Assembly: GCA_011109175.1 (NCBI GenBank)
Contig: RDEW01000029.1
Coordinates: 654,158 to 718,157 of the forward strand
Direction of reading: 5' to 3'
Length of the DNA: 64,000 nucleotides
From: Dicyema japonicum
Lineage: Eukaryota > Animalia > Dicyemida
Numbering within the stretch: the stretch's first letter is position 1; each line of letters opens with the position of its first letter. This document shows, in pieces, positions 26,958-38,959 of the stretch. The notes beneath the pieces were generated by a model. The model saw only the letters and a list, made by a program, of their open reading frames with translations. It did not search any database and had not been told where the DNA came from. The position numbers were made by a program, and so were the translations under genes.

Positions 26958-27229
26958 ACATTATTATATGTTTATTATCGCCGTTTATTGATTAGTATTT
27001 TAGCTATTTATTTGTTTCTAGGGAATTAACCAATTAGGAAGTTTGATTAAATCAAACATTGCAGTTTTCTCTCTTGTTTTAAAAGTATTTCTACAATGTT
27101 AGAGTATTAATGGAGAAAAAAATACAAGAATGTAATGTAAAAGACATAGGCTTTCAATTAGTTTAATCTGATCGATTATTTTTCTTTGTTATCAGTATGG
27201 CTTTTCTTAATTTGTTTAAATATTTGCTA

Positions 27230-27610
27230 ATTCTGTAATTTATCACTTGTGTGTTGGTCATCTGTATTTAGATATTGTATCAATATTATTTTTGACTGAC
27301 TGGCAAGGTCTGCCATTCGAGAGGGAAACAATTTCCCCATTCTTTGAAGATAGATTCTTTGAAAGATCTTCTGCCCTTTTTTGTGCTTTAATAAATTCCA
27401 TGCATCTGGAAGTGGCAACTCGATTGATGTTCCCTCGAGCTCTTTATCCATGTAATCTCTGAACGTCGAGCTAGGGTTAGTTTGAGTCCTCATGTAGTCC
27501 AGATATTTTGGATGCTGTTCTGAGTAATCACTGTTTTTTTTCTCACCCTCAGCAATGACTCGTATTTCTTAATGTGAGTTTGCCAGTAACCATTTTGTGG
27601 TCTTTTAGAT
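27230..27610 (-). mobile_element. RTE fragment (APE end and linker)
   Basis: HLKDHKMVTGKL; linker resembles the 46095 RTE copy. Confidence 0.45.
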
Positions 27611-27731
27611 GAGATAGTTCATATTTAAAAAAATAATTACAATAATTAAAATTTAAAAATTCAGCGCTAGTTTATTAGTCAATAAATCACTTAATAAAGT
27701 AATGGAGGTGGACTAGTCAATAAATCACTTT

Positions 27732-28019
27732 TTATTTAATTTATTTATTAACCCCAGATACACCGAGAAAGAAGTTAAAGTAAACAACTAATTAAGTGTA
27801 TCCAGTTTCCACTTCTACAGAAACAGAGTCCATCCGGAATCAGCATAAAAGGTAAAAGACTTCCATAGTTGCAGTTGTGGAATCCATTCCGGTGGAGTGG
27901 GAGAGAGCAAATGATCCTTTTTCGTGCCGGCCCTCTAATGTGAAGAAAGAAAAGGAACAGACGAACAAAAATGAAACTTCAACCAATTAACCACGAAGCA
28001 CCACAAGGCACCACGCGGC
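27732..28019 (-). mobile_element. Non-autonomous Vingi-derived short element, copy 2
   Basis: 5' GCCGCGTGGTGCCTTGTGGTG; 3' GGATACAC..GTGTATCTGGGGTT; internal deletion in the pseudoknot region. Confidence 0.85.
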
Positions 28020-28033
28020 TATTAATAAAGTAA

Positions 28034-28680
28034 ATGGAGGTGGATGAAATGCTGCATGTATTGATGTCAAAAAGCATTCACTTTTTAATGGCAGTCTTTG
28101 AAAAATCCGGAATCCCCGAATGGATTATTAAAGCTGTGAGATTACTTATGCATTGGAGAATGAAACTAATGTTGAATAATGAAAATGTTCAGATTGAAAG
28201 GGGAATTTTGCAGGGGGATAGATAGTCTATCCCCCATGTTATTTGTCTTAGTGCTTGACCCACTTAGCCGTTTATTGACATATAATCATCCAAACGTATT
28301 AATTTTGCATGATGATCAGTCTGTCTCATCATTCTCGACTAATCATCTTCTATTTATTGACGATTTAAAACTTATTTCGACAAATGAAAATGTTAGTTTG
28401 TATTTCACTGCTGTGGGGATGGAAAGGAATCTAGAAAACTCCGCTACAAATTTCTTGTTGTTATCGGATGAAGCCAAGTTGTTAGAGGGAATGGATGGAT
28501 ATAAATACCTTGGTGTATTGGAAGATCCTTCCGGACAAATTCAAAAGCCAGAATTGTTAAAAATAATTTCTTCGTAAATAAACCAGAAAATTGAGAGTCT
28601 GGTGAATACCAAATTAAAAGCAGTGAATTTGTTAAAGACTATTAACGAGCATGTCTTTATATAACAATTATATTGACATA
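28034..28680 (+). mobile_element. R4/Dong-like RT fragment
   Basis: GILQGD/SLSPMLFVLVLDPL, NHLLFIDDLK, YKYLGVLED. Confidence 0.8.
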
Positions 28681-28699
28681 AGACCACGGTAAAACAAAA

Positions 28700-29102
28700 T
28701 TTATTTAACCCAAGACCACGGTAAAACAAAACTAATTATCACGTGATCCCGATGCATTCTAACAGGAACCTCATCTTTGCCCGGTGTTCTTCCTTCGTGC
28801 CCGCGCATGAACGTACAGGGCGGCTGCCTGAATTTTCAAGGCCAACTTCCCGTGATCTGGAGTCTAGTTTCATAAGGGATTCCAGAGGCGTAGGTTCGGG
28901 TCGATGATTTTCACAAATCCAACGCTCCGTTATTCTGTAAGCTCTCTTGCATTTTCTCAATTTTCCTCAAATTTGTCCAAGATATGGACGTCCCCACGAG
29001 GCGCATGCATATGATAAACATGGCTCGATGTATTGTTTGTATACGTTCATCAAGACTGGCTGAGTACCACTCTTCCATATTCCCGATAAACTTTTCAATA
29101 CG
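28700..29102 (-). mobile_element. ~400-bp LINE 3' fragment (same family as 3062)
   Basis: ORF ends EHRAKMRFLLECIGIT*; terminal hairpin and tail. Confidence 0.82.
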
Positions 29103-29178
29103 TTCAGTTTCTTATCGCATTTCAATAGAATGTTTTCTACGTGAAATGTTAAACAGAGATAGGCTCCTCAGTATTATT

Positions 29179-30311
29179 ATTATAAGCAACATTCGTAAAT
29201 CATAATACTTATAATTTCACTCGTGCAGCATCAAAACAATCCTCCGAACCAACTTCTTCCAACCTCCTCGATCGTAGGAGAGTTTCCTCAACTCGTCCAG
29301 GTCGTCCCCACTTCTTAGACGTTTGTTCACGAGCTTTAGATTTCCGTCAAGTGTTTCAGGTAGTGTTATACGCCGGCGTTTACGAAATCACGGTCCCTTT
29401 CTCAAAAAGTAGTCCTCCATTGCTATGTTTGCTGGAGTGCCCATTGCATTGCTATGTTTGCTGGAGTAATAAACTAGCGCTGAATTTTTAAGTATATACG
29501 CAAGATATGTCCAAATAGCCTCCAGCGCATATCAGCAATTTCGAGACTTAGTGGACCCGTGCAACATCTCTTGTACAGCAATTTTTTTTATTCTTGCTGG
29601 CCAGCTCAGTTCTAGTAGGGATCTAAGTTGTCTTCGATGGAAAGAGTCTAGTCCAAGTTGTTCGGTTTTGGACGTTCCCCAGGTCGATGAATTGTACATT
29701 AGGATCGGCTTGACAAAGGCTTCATACAGTCTCAAACGAAGTGATGTGCAGGATCGTCGTTTGCCAATCCACTCTTTATTCAACTTGTTCATTGTTACCC
29801 AAGCGAGGGCTTTCCTTCTGGCAATATCTTGACACTCTCCAAGTAAAGAGCCAAGTTTGTTTGTTTTTCGTTATGTTTCACTTGATCTGCTTTCCATTCC
29901 ACAATGTCAGTTTTTTCGATATTTATTCCAAGGAACCATCAGTTCAGCTCAGCAAAAACCAGCTCGAGGAGTCGAAGTAGGGCCGATTTGTCTTCTGACA
30001 CAAAGTCGACGTCGTCCGCATAGGCAATTTCGACGATGTTGCCATCATTGAACTTCCGAAGATCTCGTAATGCCGCCTCCAGATATATGACAAATAGCAG
30101 GGGGAGTACCAAAATTGCACGTAAATTCACGGGATAACGTCTTACCGATCCGCACTCTGAGCTTCGTGTTAGATAGCAACATTCTGATCATATTGACAGA
30201 ATCTGGGTCCAAGAATTGTTTCAGTATCTTGAGAAGTAGACCGTGTCAAAGGCCCTAGAGAGGTCTATTCTCAGGACTGTTGTTGCACTTTCAAATCTCT
30301 GGTTGATAGCG
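29179..30311 (-). mobile_element. 5'-truncated RTE LINE with TSD
   Basis: TSD CAGTATTATT at 29169-29178 and 30312-30321; YADDVDF; LYEAFVKPILMYNSSTW; 3' end GTTGCT(TAA)n. Confidence 0.85.
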
Positions 30312-30499
30312 CAGTATTATTGAATATTAAAATAATAATAATATATCAAAAAAAATATTATTAATTATGATTTATATAAATTTGAAATTATTAGGCTTCT
30401 TCAACTGATATTTGTTTAATTGTTAAAAAAAAAATTTAATACCAAAAAAAAAAAAAAAAAAATTATTATTAATAAAATTTAAATAAAGGTTCAAAAGTA

Positions 30500-30528
30500 T
30501 CTCGCGGACCCCAGGTTGAGAACCACTG
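30500..30528. mobile_element. Solitary hAT-like terminal inverted repeat
   Basis: GGACCCCAGGTTGAGAACCACTG, the reverse complement of CAGTGGTTCTCAACC, a typical hAT/Charlie end; similar end at 61809-61823. Confidence 0.55.
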
Positions 30529-30695
30529 ACTTAGAGATTTTCATCTCCATTTGGATTAATTAGTTCATTTGGATAACGTGTTCTCTCTCTAGTTCTTAAA
30601 ATAAAATTAAGCCAAAAATGTGTGGCTGGCACAAGTGAGATGTCGACATGTCGTCTTCATATACTGGACGGGCGTAAAAAAAATTGACAAATAAA

Positions 30696-32675
30696 TCAAT
30701 CTTTATTGTTGCAATAATCAATAACTAATTTAATAAGACTATTTTTCAGTTTAGTAGAATGAACAACATTATTATCATTTAAAAATGCTTTCAAAGATTT
30801 GACAGTGAGAGTCTCAATTCCCCCGTCGAATATGATTTTCCTCATCTCCTCCAAACTTATAATTCTCTCCAGTCCTTTACACGGAGACCTCAAAACCATA
30901 TCATCAGAATCCCATATCACACTCAAGCCAGCAAGTTTGCCAAAATGTCTAATAATGTGACCTGCTCTCACATCAATCTCCTCTAAATTTGGCACTACTT
31001 GTCATATGACGCTAAATACTTGTGACATCATCAAAATCTTCTACATCATCTAAATCTAGAGCCATTGCTTCCAAAGTTCCATAAAACCGTCTCAAGGAAG
31101 GATTCTCGAAATTCTCTGGACGATAAGTAAATGTCAGCTGACCAATAAGACGTCTTACAGCATCCATTAGTTCATCTCCTTCATCTCCACAAAAGTCAAT
31201 CAGAGTAGACTCACAAACACAGTTCCTAATGTCATCTCTGTACGGAAGGACGACCATATAAAAGCCAGACGGGAAGATTTGAACCCCACTCTCGCGACAA
31301 ACCTCCTCCAACTACACTAAACAATCACTATAACCTGAGGTTGGAGTACTACATAGCGTCCGCTTTGATTCACGTGAGGGACATGCCAGGCCACAATCAG
31401 CTTAGACCTCTCATGACATCTTTTCAACAGAAGAGAGAAAAAATCAACAGAATCTAAGCAAACAGTCTGAGGGTAAACAAAATAAGCAGAAGTTACGTGA
31501 TAGTAAGGTTTTAGAAAGTCAATTTCCACAAAACCAACAAGTTTGAGCTCTACAATAATATAAGCGGAAACCAGGTATATAAACCAATTCATTTTTATCA
31601 TAAACGCAAGAATCACCACAAGAAAAGTTGATGAATCTTAAGGTCTCGTCAGTATTGAAAGTTTGATAACTATCAGAGTCATAATACATGGTATTTCTAA
31701 ACAATCTTCTCCCTGAAGTTCGATGAAGTCGATGTGCGGTTGGCTTTGATCTCCTTTGAACCAATTTGTGCCTAATCATAGCTATTAGGAGTACAATAAG
31801 ACATTTATTTTGCAATTACCGACAGTGAAAATTGTACTGGAAATCACACTTTTCTTGCAATCCCGGCAAAAATTTCTGCAAAATTAATAAAATAATAATT
31901 TAATTAAAAAATTTAAAATAAAATTTATAACCTCGCCGTTAATTGTTCGATGTAGTTTTCAGTGTCTGCTTTCAAATTTTTTACATCCAAATTAGGAATT
32001 AGTGCCTAAATTCATAATAAACTGACCTTATAAGAGATTTCAACATTAAAGCAGGTTTCTGAACTATCAAATGGAATCAAAATTAGCTCAATTGAAGATC
32101 TAAGTAAGTCATCGGCCCTTGCGAGAGCCTTTCTGCTCATTGCTTCATTTTTGAAGGGGTCGTCATTATCTGTGAACAGAAAAACCCGCTTGGTTATAAT
32201 TTTGGAGGGGAAGTAGTTAAAAATATCCATACATAGCCAAAAAACGTCTGAGAGATCAAAATATCCTCTAAAAGGGCCAAATTTACTCTCAACTAGTTGG
32301 TTTTCTTAATGTAAGGGCAACTCATACTTAACTTTGCCAAATTTTGAAGTTTGATTATTTTCTGAGAGTCCACCTCACTTAAGTCCTACATAAGTTATCA
32401 GTATACATCAAAGCAATCTATGTGAGGGAGGTTCATAACGTTGTTTGTCTGCTCAGTACCAACAATGAGGGTGGCAGTGCAGTCATGTAGCCGACTTATG
32501 GCTTTATTTTTCATGGTGTTTGTTATACAATGTAGACTTCTCGAAAAGTGACCATTCATTAGCATGCTCTGGTTTATAATAATCACAAATATGATTCCGT
32601 CTCGTTTGCCGAAGTTTGCTGTTTGTTGCTGCTAATTATTGTTTAGTTAACCTCCCCAGGAGAATCAGACCACAT
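30696..32675 (-). CDS. XRCC6: Ku70 (XRCC6), multi-exon with micro-introns
   Basis: GKRDGIIFV, KRVFLFTDNDDP (vWA); LKLVGF..YHVTSAYFVYP, PSGFYMVVLPYRDDIR, FENPSLRRFYGTLEAMALD; C-terminal SAP-like LTVKSLKAFL; 20-, 22-, 23- and 25-nt introns restore the frame. Confidence 0.92.
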
Positions 32676-32784
32676 CGTTAATATTTTACATAGATAATTT
32701 GAATTAGAAATTTAATAAATATTTTCTAATTTTATTTGATTTATAAAATTTTTGGCTGTTGGAACTTGATTGTCGAAATATAAT

Positions 32785-33106
32785 GTGGCGCCATGTGGTA
32801 CTGCGTGGTTAATTGGTTGAAGTTTTCTGCTTGCTTGTCTGTTCCTCCTCTCTCTTCCTAATAGATTGGTGTCATGTTTCACCTGTCTAGGTGACGCCCA
32901 GTGCCAGGCCGGCATGAAAAAGGATCATTTGCTCTTCCTCACTCCACTGGAGAGGTTTCCACAACTGCATGTAAGGGACGTCTTACCCTTTATGCTGATT
33001 CCTGATGGACTCTGTTTCTGTAGAAGTGGAAACTGGATACACTTAATTAGTTGTTTACTTTAACTTCTTTCTCGGTGTATCCGGAATTAATAAATAAATA
33101 ATAAAA
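32785..33106 (+). mobile_element. Non-autonomous Vingi-derived short element, copy 3
   Basis: GTGGCGCCATGTGG 5' end; structured region 32868-32927; GGATACAC/GTGTATCC hairpin; (AAAT)n tail. Confidence 0.85.
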
Positions 33107-33169
33107 TGTCACAGTCACATCTAATAATCCGCGAATAAATTAAATTGTGGTTAAATTAAAATTAAATTA

Positions 33170-36100
33170 ATTCCATAGACCACTGTTAAACCGAAAAAAA
33201 CTAAACTAAGTGATCCCGACATAATTGGATCAAGGCTATCATCTTTGCTCGGTGTTGATCCCTTGAGCTTACACAAGTTCGTTGCAGACGAGCACTTTCT
33301 TTTTAGCATTGGTGTCAATTTTTGTTTTTTTCGATTAGTTTCTCCATGGGCGTCGGTGATTTAATGTCTTCCCTGTGTACCATCTCTTTTTAGTTTGAAG
33401 CGTTTTTTCTGGGTTGCGGAAATTTTCTGGATGTTCGCATAAGAGGCCAGTAGTCTCCATGAAGTACACGCATATGAAATGCATGGTTCGATGTACTGTG
33501 AATAGAGCGTTTAAGTATAGGGTGATGTCCAATTTTCCATAGACCTGTTAGGCATTTCAGAAGGTTGATTTTCTTCTCACATTTGTTCACCAGTTAGTGA
33601 CATGTCTCGAAAAGTTCATGTGCGTATCGAAAGTCAGACCTAATAATTTTGCTATTTGCTGAACGGCAATTCTCTCCCTCTGCAGTAACTTCTATTGTCC
33701 TGTTCGACAATCTTTTCTCCGAGGTATAGAGTTGTAACAGATTTTTCGGTATTGATTGACATCCGATTTTCATTAAACCACTCGAGCAGTCGATCCATGT
33801 GGTGTTGTATTATTTCCGTCGCTGTTTGGGTGTTCTGATCCCGTGAGGCTAAGACGATATCATCTGCATAAGCCAGAAGCGGGTCGTCTTTTCCATTCGG
33901 CGTCGGAATGTCATCCGTAAATAGGTTAAATAGTAATGGTGATAGCGGCGAGCCCTGGGGTACTCCATTTGGGAATAAACGGGAGACAGAATGAATGTTT
34001 CCAATGCACACTCTACCTCTTCGTCCGGTAAGGAAGTTCATCAGCCAGCGTTTGAGGTTTTTAGGGATATCTGATAGGTAGATTTTCCATGTTAGGTTCT
34101 TCCTTGGCACAGAGTCGAAAGCTTTGTGGACGTCCAGTGAGCATAACACAGTTTTCTGGTGTCTTGGCTTGCACAGAAATCCAGAGCGAATAAAGTTAGT
34201 CAGGGATGTGAAGAAGCTCGTTGTGGACCGATCCTTTTTGAAACCATGCTGGAACGGTTTATCGGGAGTTCTTTCAGTGAAGGAAGCTGGGTCTTCTTTC
34301 GGTTTTCCTGGCTTCAATTCAGGGCGAATGTTTGCAAGTTTCCATATCGTTGGGATTGAGTTACAATTAATCGACCAGTTGTAGATTTTGGTCAGGGTAC
34401 CGATTCCATCATTGCCTAGGTTCTTCAGGAGGATTATAGGAATTCCGTTTGGACCATGAGAGAATGCGTTTCTTTTGTTTGGCTTATGAATGTTATTACC
34501 TTCTTTCCCGTGAAATAAGTTAATTGATCCCTTTTCGGTTTTCTTAGCGGCGGTTTGGGTGGGTCAGTTCTCATGTGGTTTTTGTGAGAGATTTTCGCGT
34601 AGTATTTTATTATGGTGTTTAGGTCCTTTTGGCTGAATTCGTCATTTCCGGGTGTCCTCTTATCCACCTTCGAGATATTTCGAATAGTCTTCCAGACTTC
34701 GGATGTTGACCATTTACGATTTAATAACGTAAGGACAATCTTCCATTTTACTCTGGGTTCCTCACTCTTCGGTATACCTTCCAGAAAGAGGGATTGTGTT
34801 TGTTTAGCTTCCGTAGTTGAGAGTTCCACTTATTCTCATTCCATCTTTTAAATTGTTCTGACAACTGCTTTTGTAGTTCGCCGATTTTGTGACACAAGGC
34901 TAAGCGGTCCTGTGGATATCCTCAATTTAGTCCTTAGATTATTTCTTTTCAACACAATCTTCATGATGTGCCATGGAATAGAAACAACATTATCGTTTCT
35001 TGAGTGTATTTTTCTAGCAAAGTTATCCAGATAGTATAAAATCAGATCCGTTGCTCGTTTACTTATTTTATCAATTTCCAGACGAGTCTTGGGCTCGGTG
35101 TGCCCTAACATTCAATTCCTTTGCAATGAAAATCCTATAGTGATTCCAGTTTAGATTCTTGGTATCGTAATCGACAAACACTCCAGGTTCATTAATCATT
35201 TTCATATCCACAGATATTAGCAATAAAATGTGGTCACTGCCAATATTCGAAAGAGTAATTCGTACTTAGGCGTATTCTGAAATAGTAAGGGAAATCAAGA
35301 AGACAGCAAACTTGTCACCTCCGTAATGAGAAATATGGTTATCCTCTTTGATGTAAGGACTTTTACTCCTAGGCCTTTAGATAGCTTCATCAGGAGCTTG
35401 GTATCCCTATTACTCTTTTTGCATCTGAAGGATGTGCTCTTGGAGTTGAGATCGCCTCCCAGTATGGCCATCGGATTTTTATTGAAGAACTGGGAGATAT
35501 CTCCGGTACATTTTCTCAAGGATTTAAAATACATTCCGCCAATTGCGAGCCAATCATCGACACAGCGAACACCAATAGCGACAAACTCACAACAAATTGA
35601 TGAAACAATTCTCGGATTTCTTGTCTTTAGATGACACCAATAAAAATTGATGTCGCAGTCCCTGTTATAGCCCCTTCTTTCTAGTATAAAGATATCGATA
35701 CGAAAACCGGGAGTACCGTATTCTCATCTGACTTCATCTTCGTTACGTTGTCAATATTATATCAGCTTCCTCGGCATTCGCCAGGGAAGCTATCTCGTGA
35801 TGTCTCCTCAGGATTGATCGGGCATTCACAAACATGATCCTTATGTTTTGGATCACTGGTCTTGGAGGTCTGATCTCTTCAGGACCAGAGCCACCATGTG
35901 CTGTAAATCAAAATTTACCTTATCACACATTTAGTTCAGACGGTTAATCACATATGTAAGTTCTCTCGATTTTCTTTCAGATGCCCCCGGAATAGGTTCC
36001 CAGCAGGACCTTTTTAGCTTCTCTTCCAGGTATTTTTTATCCACAATTGGCTTTTTCTATGTTGGATTCATAATATCGTATTTTAAAGGTCGATTTTTGA

Positions 36101-36700
36101 TAATAATCAAAAATTGCGTAACGTGGCAGAAAAGGAATTTCTCCTTTCCTCCATGTTTCTAACCCAGGACTTTCGGTTCCTCTTCCTGTGATGGCCACGG
36201 CTTCCCTGGCCACCGGACAACCACCATTGCTCGTTCCTTGATCACCAGACCTGCAGTTGATACAGGATTCTCTATTTTCGGTTCTGGGCACTCAGAAGAA
36301 CTACACGCATATGAAATACATGGTAAATGTGGTCCTCCACAGAAGAAACATCTCTTTGTCCCATTGCAATGTCTTGTAATGTGTCCGAAATATTGACAAT
36401 TAAAGCATCTTGGGAGGTGTCTTTTGGCCCAGTCACAGTCGATTTCCATCCATCCAATTCGTCCAACTCATCATAGGTAACCAATATTCTGCCGGTATGG
36501 GGTGGATATAAGTTGATAATAGTCTACAATTTATTCCCTGTCGGTTTTAGTTTGATTTGAATAATCGCAATACGATCATTAACACTCCACACTTTGAACT
36601 CTCGCTTTGTCAACGAAGGAAATCCATAGTGTCAGCATTTACACGGTAGTAACATTAGGTGGCATTTTCCATAAACTTTATCGTGTCCTCAACTCTGTAG
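33170..36700 (-). mobile_element. Jockey/I-like LINE with gag ORF1, APE and RT, decayed (5' limit uncertain)
   Basis: PRCFNCQYFGHITRHC..RCFFCGGPH; MFVNARSI; ILGGDLNSK; LDVHKAFDSV, PQGSPLSP, YADD; ends VGIT* with hairpin. Confidence 0.85.
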
Positions 36701-37429
36701 CGGTCTAGGTCTTCGCACAAGGTGTTCGTAAGTACGTATTCATGTTGAAGGCGTCTGTGATGAACTGAGAGACATATCCAAATGAGTCGTTGCTCTGAAG
36801 CCATGTTGAAAATCTGGAAATTGTAGAACACAGAAATTAACATTAACACAAGCTTCTCCAACACTTTTGAAAAGGCGCAAGTTATGGAGACTGAATGGTA
36901 AGAGAATAAAATGTCTTTTGATTTTCCAGGCTTCAGAATTGGTGTAATCAGTTAGCACGGATTATTTGGGAAATTCTAATTTAGAGTGCGTATGGACGAT
37001 ATATGGTCATTTGTTTGCAATCCGGTTTTTTTCAAGGCATCTATTTTTCTTGATGTTTGAAGATAGGATTGAATGTTTTGTAAGACGATCGGGGATAAAC
37101 ATTTTGTCGGCTCTCAGGATTATCGAGGTTAATATCTGAGCTCCTTTGTCTTGTCGTGCGTTAATCCAAGAATTGAAAGAGACCTTTTTACTGGTATCTG
37201 AACAGATCCTATAAAATTTCTCTAAAACGACAGTATCAGGTGAATAAAGTACAAATCGATTTTGCGGCAGAAATCGTAAGGTGGTTGGCAATCAACCAAT
37301 CGTATACAATATTTACTTTCGTCTGGGCATTAGCGGTTGTGACTTGCGTCAAAGATCGCGCTTTGCAAGGATTAAATAATCCGACAAGATAGTAAAAAAG
37401 GAGTCTTAATCTCCGTCTGTTTGTAAGCC

Positions 37430-38950
37430 TAAAAATAGGTTGAAAAGAGTCGGAGAGAGGGAAGAACTCTGGGATACTCCATTAGGTAGTAATCATGATC
37501 TGATGACTCTCCCTGGTCTTCCAGAGAGAAAGTTAGCGAGCCATAGCTTTAAGAAAGCAAAAAATCTTCCCAATGATAAGTTTCCTCTGGACTGTGTCAA
37601 AAGCCTTGTTTGTGCATGTGTGGTCGGAGAGGATAAAACCATCAGCAATAAATTGAGATAACTTAGTTAAATGCGTAGTTTTTGATCTTCCAGGACGAAA
37701 ACATTATCAGAAACCAAGTCGAGGAAGATTTGGTCATAGTACAAGTTTTTCAAGAATTTTTGATAACGTGCTGGTTAGGGAGATGTGCTTGTGTAAACAT
37801 GTTCTCCTCCGGTTTTCCAGCTTTCAATATTATTTTGATAAAAGAGTTTTTTCCAAATCTTGGGGAATAATGTTGTAGTTAATAGACAGGTTATATATTT
37901 TCGTGAGATAGTCAATTGCACAGTGGCCTAAATTTATAGATGAATTGAAGATACTTTGTCAGGCCGCAGGCCCGTGAACATTTAATCGAACTATGACAAC
38001 TGTGACTGGCTTATCTAAGTGACTGGCTTATGTAAGAATAGGTAAGGTTCCTTCTTCGGTTTATAGGAATCCACCTTGATTTCCTGGTGGTTCGAGAATG
38101 TTTAGAAGATTATTCCAGCGTCATGTCTCATAAGTAGGTAGGGTGTATATGACACATGTGTTATGGATAAGACTTTTCAGTTCCGTTTTAGTGTTTTCCA
38201 GAATTGACAAGATGGACTTTTTTTTCTTTTTTTGATACTTTTATTGAGTTACCTGATGGTCTTCTAAGACTGAAAATCAATTAGGGGCATCATTCTATAA
38301 GGTTTCTTAGTATTATCGGGTAAGTGTGCGATTATATATGGTAGGAATAAAATTCGTAATCGGATGTATTTGTGATGAGATTTTTTGGCCAATTCTTTCC
38401 AACAAAGTTACTTAAACCAGACAAATCAGCCTTCCTATAGTTCTTGAATCTGTGACTTAAGTCTGCTGTCTCCACTGTCGTCGAAATCTTCTTAACTTAA
38501 GAAGGATGAGATTGTGGTCAATAGAAATTCACATTCTATTAACCGAATTCTGCTAAAGAATGGGAACATAAGGTAAAATCCGGAGATGTAAGACTCGCTC
38601 CTTAATCGCTCCTTAATAGGGTTCTTGTATGTAAAGTATGTCCATTAAAGACAATTAAATCAATAAGACCATTTGCGATAAACACGCCTCCGTTTTCAAA
38701 GTTTTTGAGCAAACCAAAAGGGGTGCACATTAAGGTCGCATATTAGTAAATTCTTCAGTGTTAGAAGGTGGAGTAGATTGGGGGTGTATGATGTTGGACA
38801 TTATTTTTATGGAGGAATGTACAAGTTGATCAAAGTAATCCAAAAAGATGGAAATAGCTGGAGTTTTATTGTAATCTGCTTCATAGTATTGTCTGAGCCA
38901 AAAAGCTCTGATGTTCGTATATTTACTTCCATAAAGATTTTTTTTCACAA
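37430..38950 (-). mobile_element. Heavily decayed Vingi-like LINE (APE and RT)
   Basis: Collinear homology to 52850-54000 (LSQFIADGF, NKAFDTV, SPDFTLCS). Confidence 0.65.
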
Positions 38951-38959
38951 TAATGAGTA

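Noticed and set aside
27653-29491. 1.8-kb DNA transposon bounded by 25-bp TIRs
   Set aside because: No TSD, no transposase, and the right copy sits inside an RTE coding region.
35870-35900. GGSGP before APE as a third 2A
   Set aside because: It lacks DxExNPGP.
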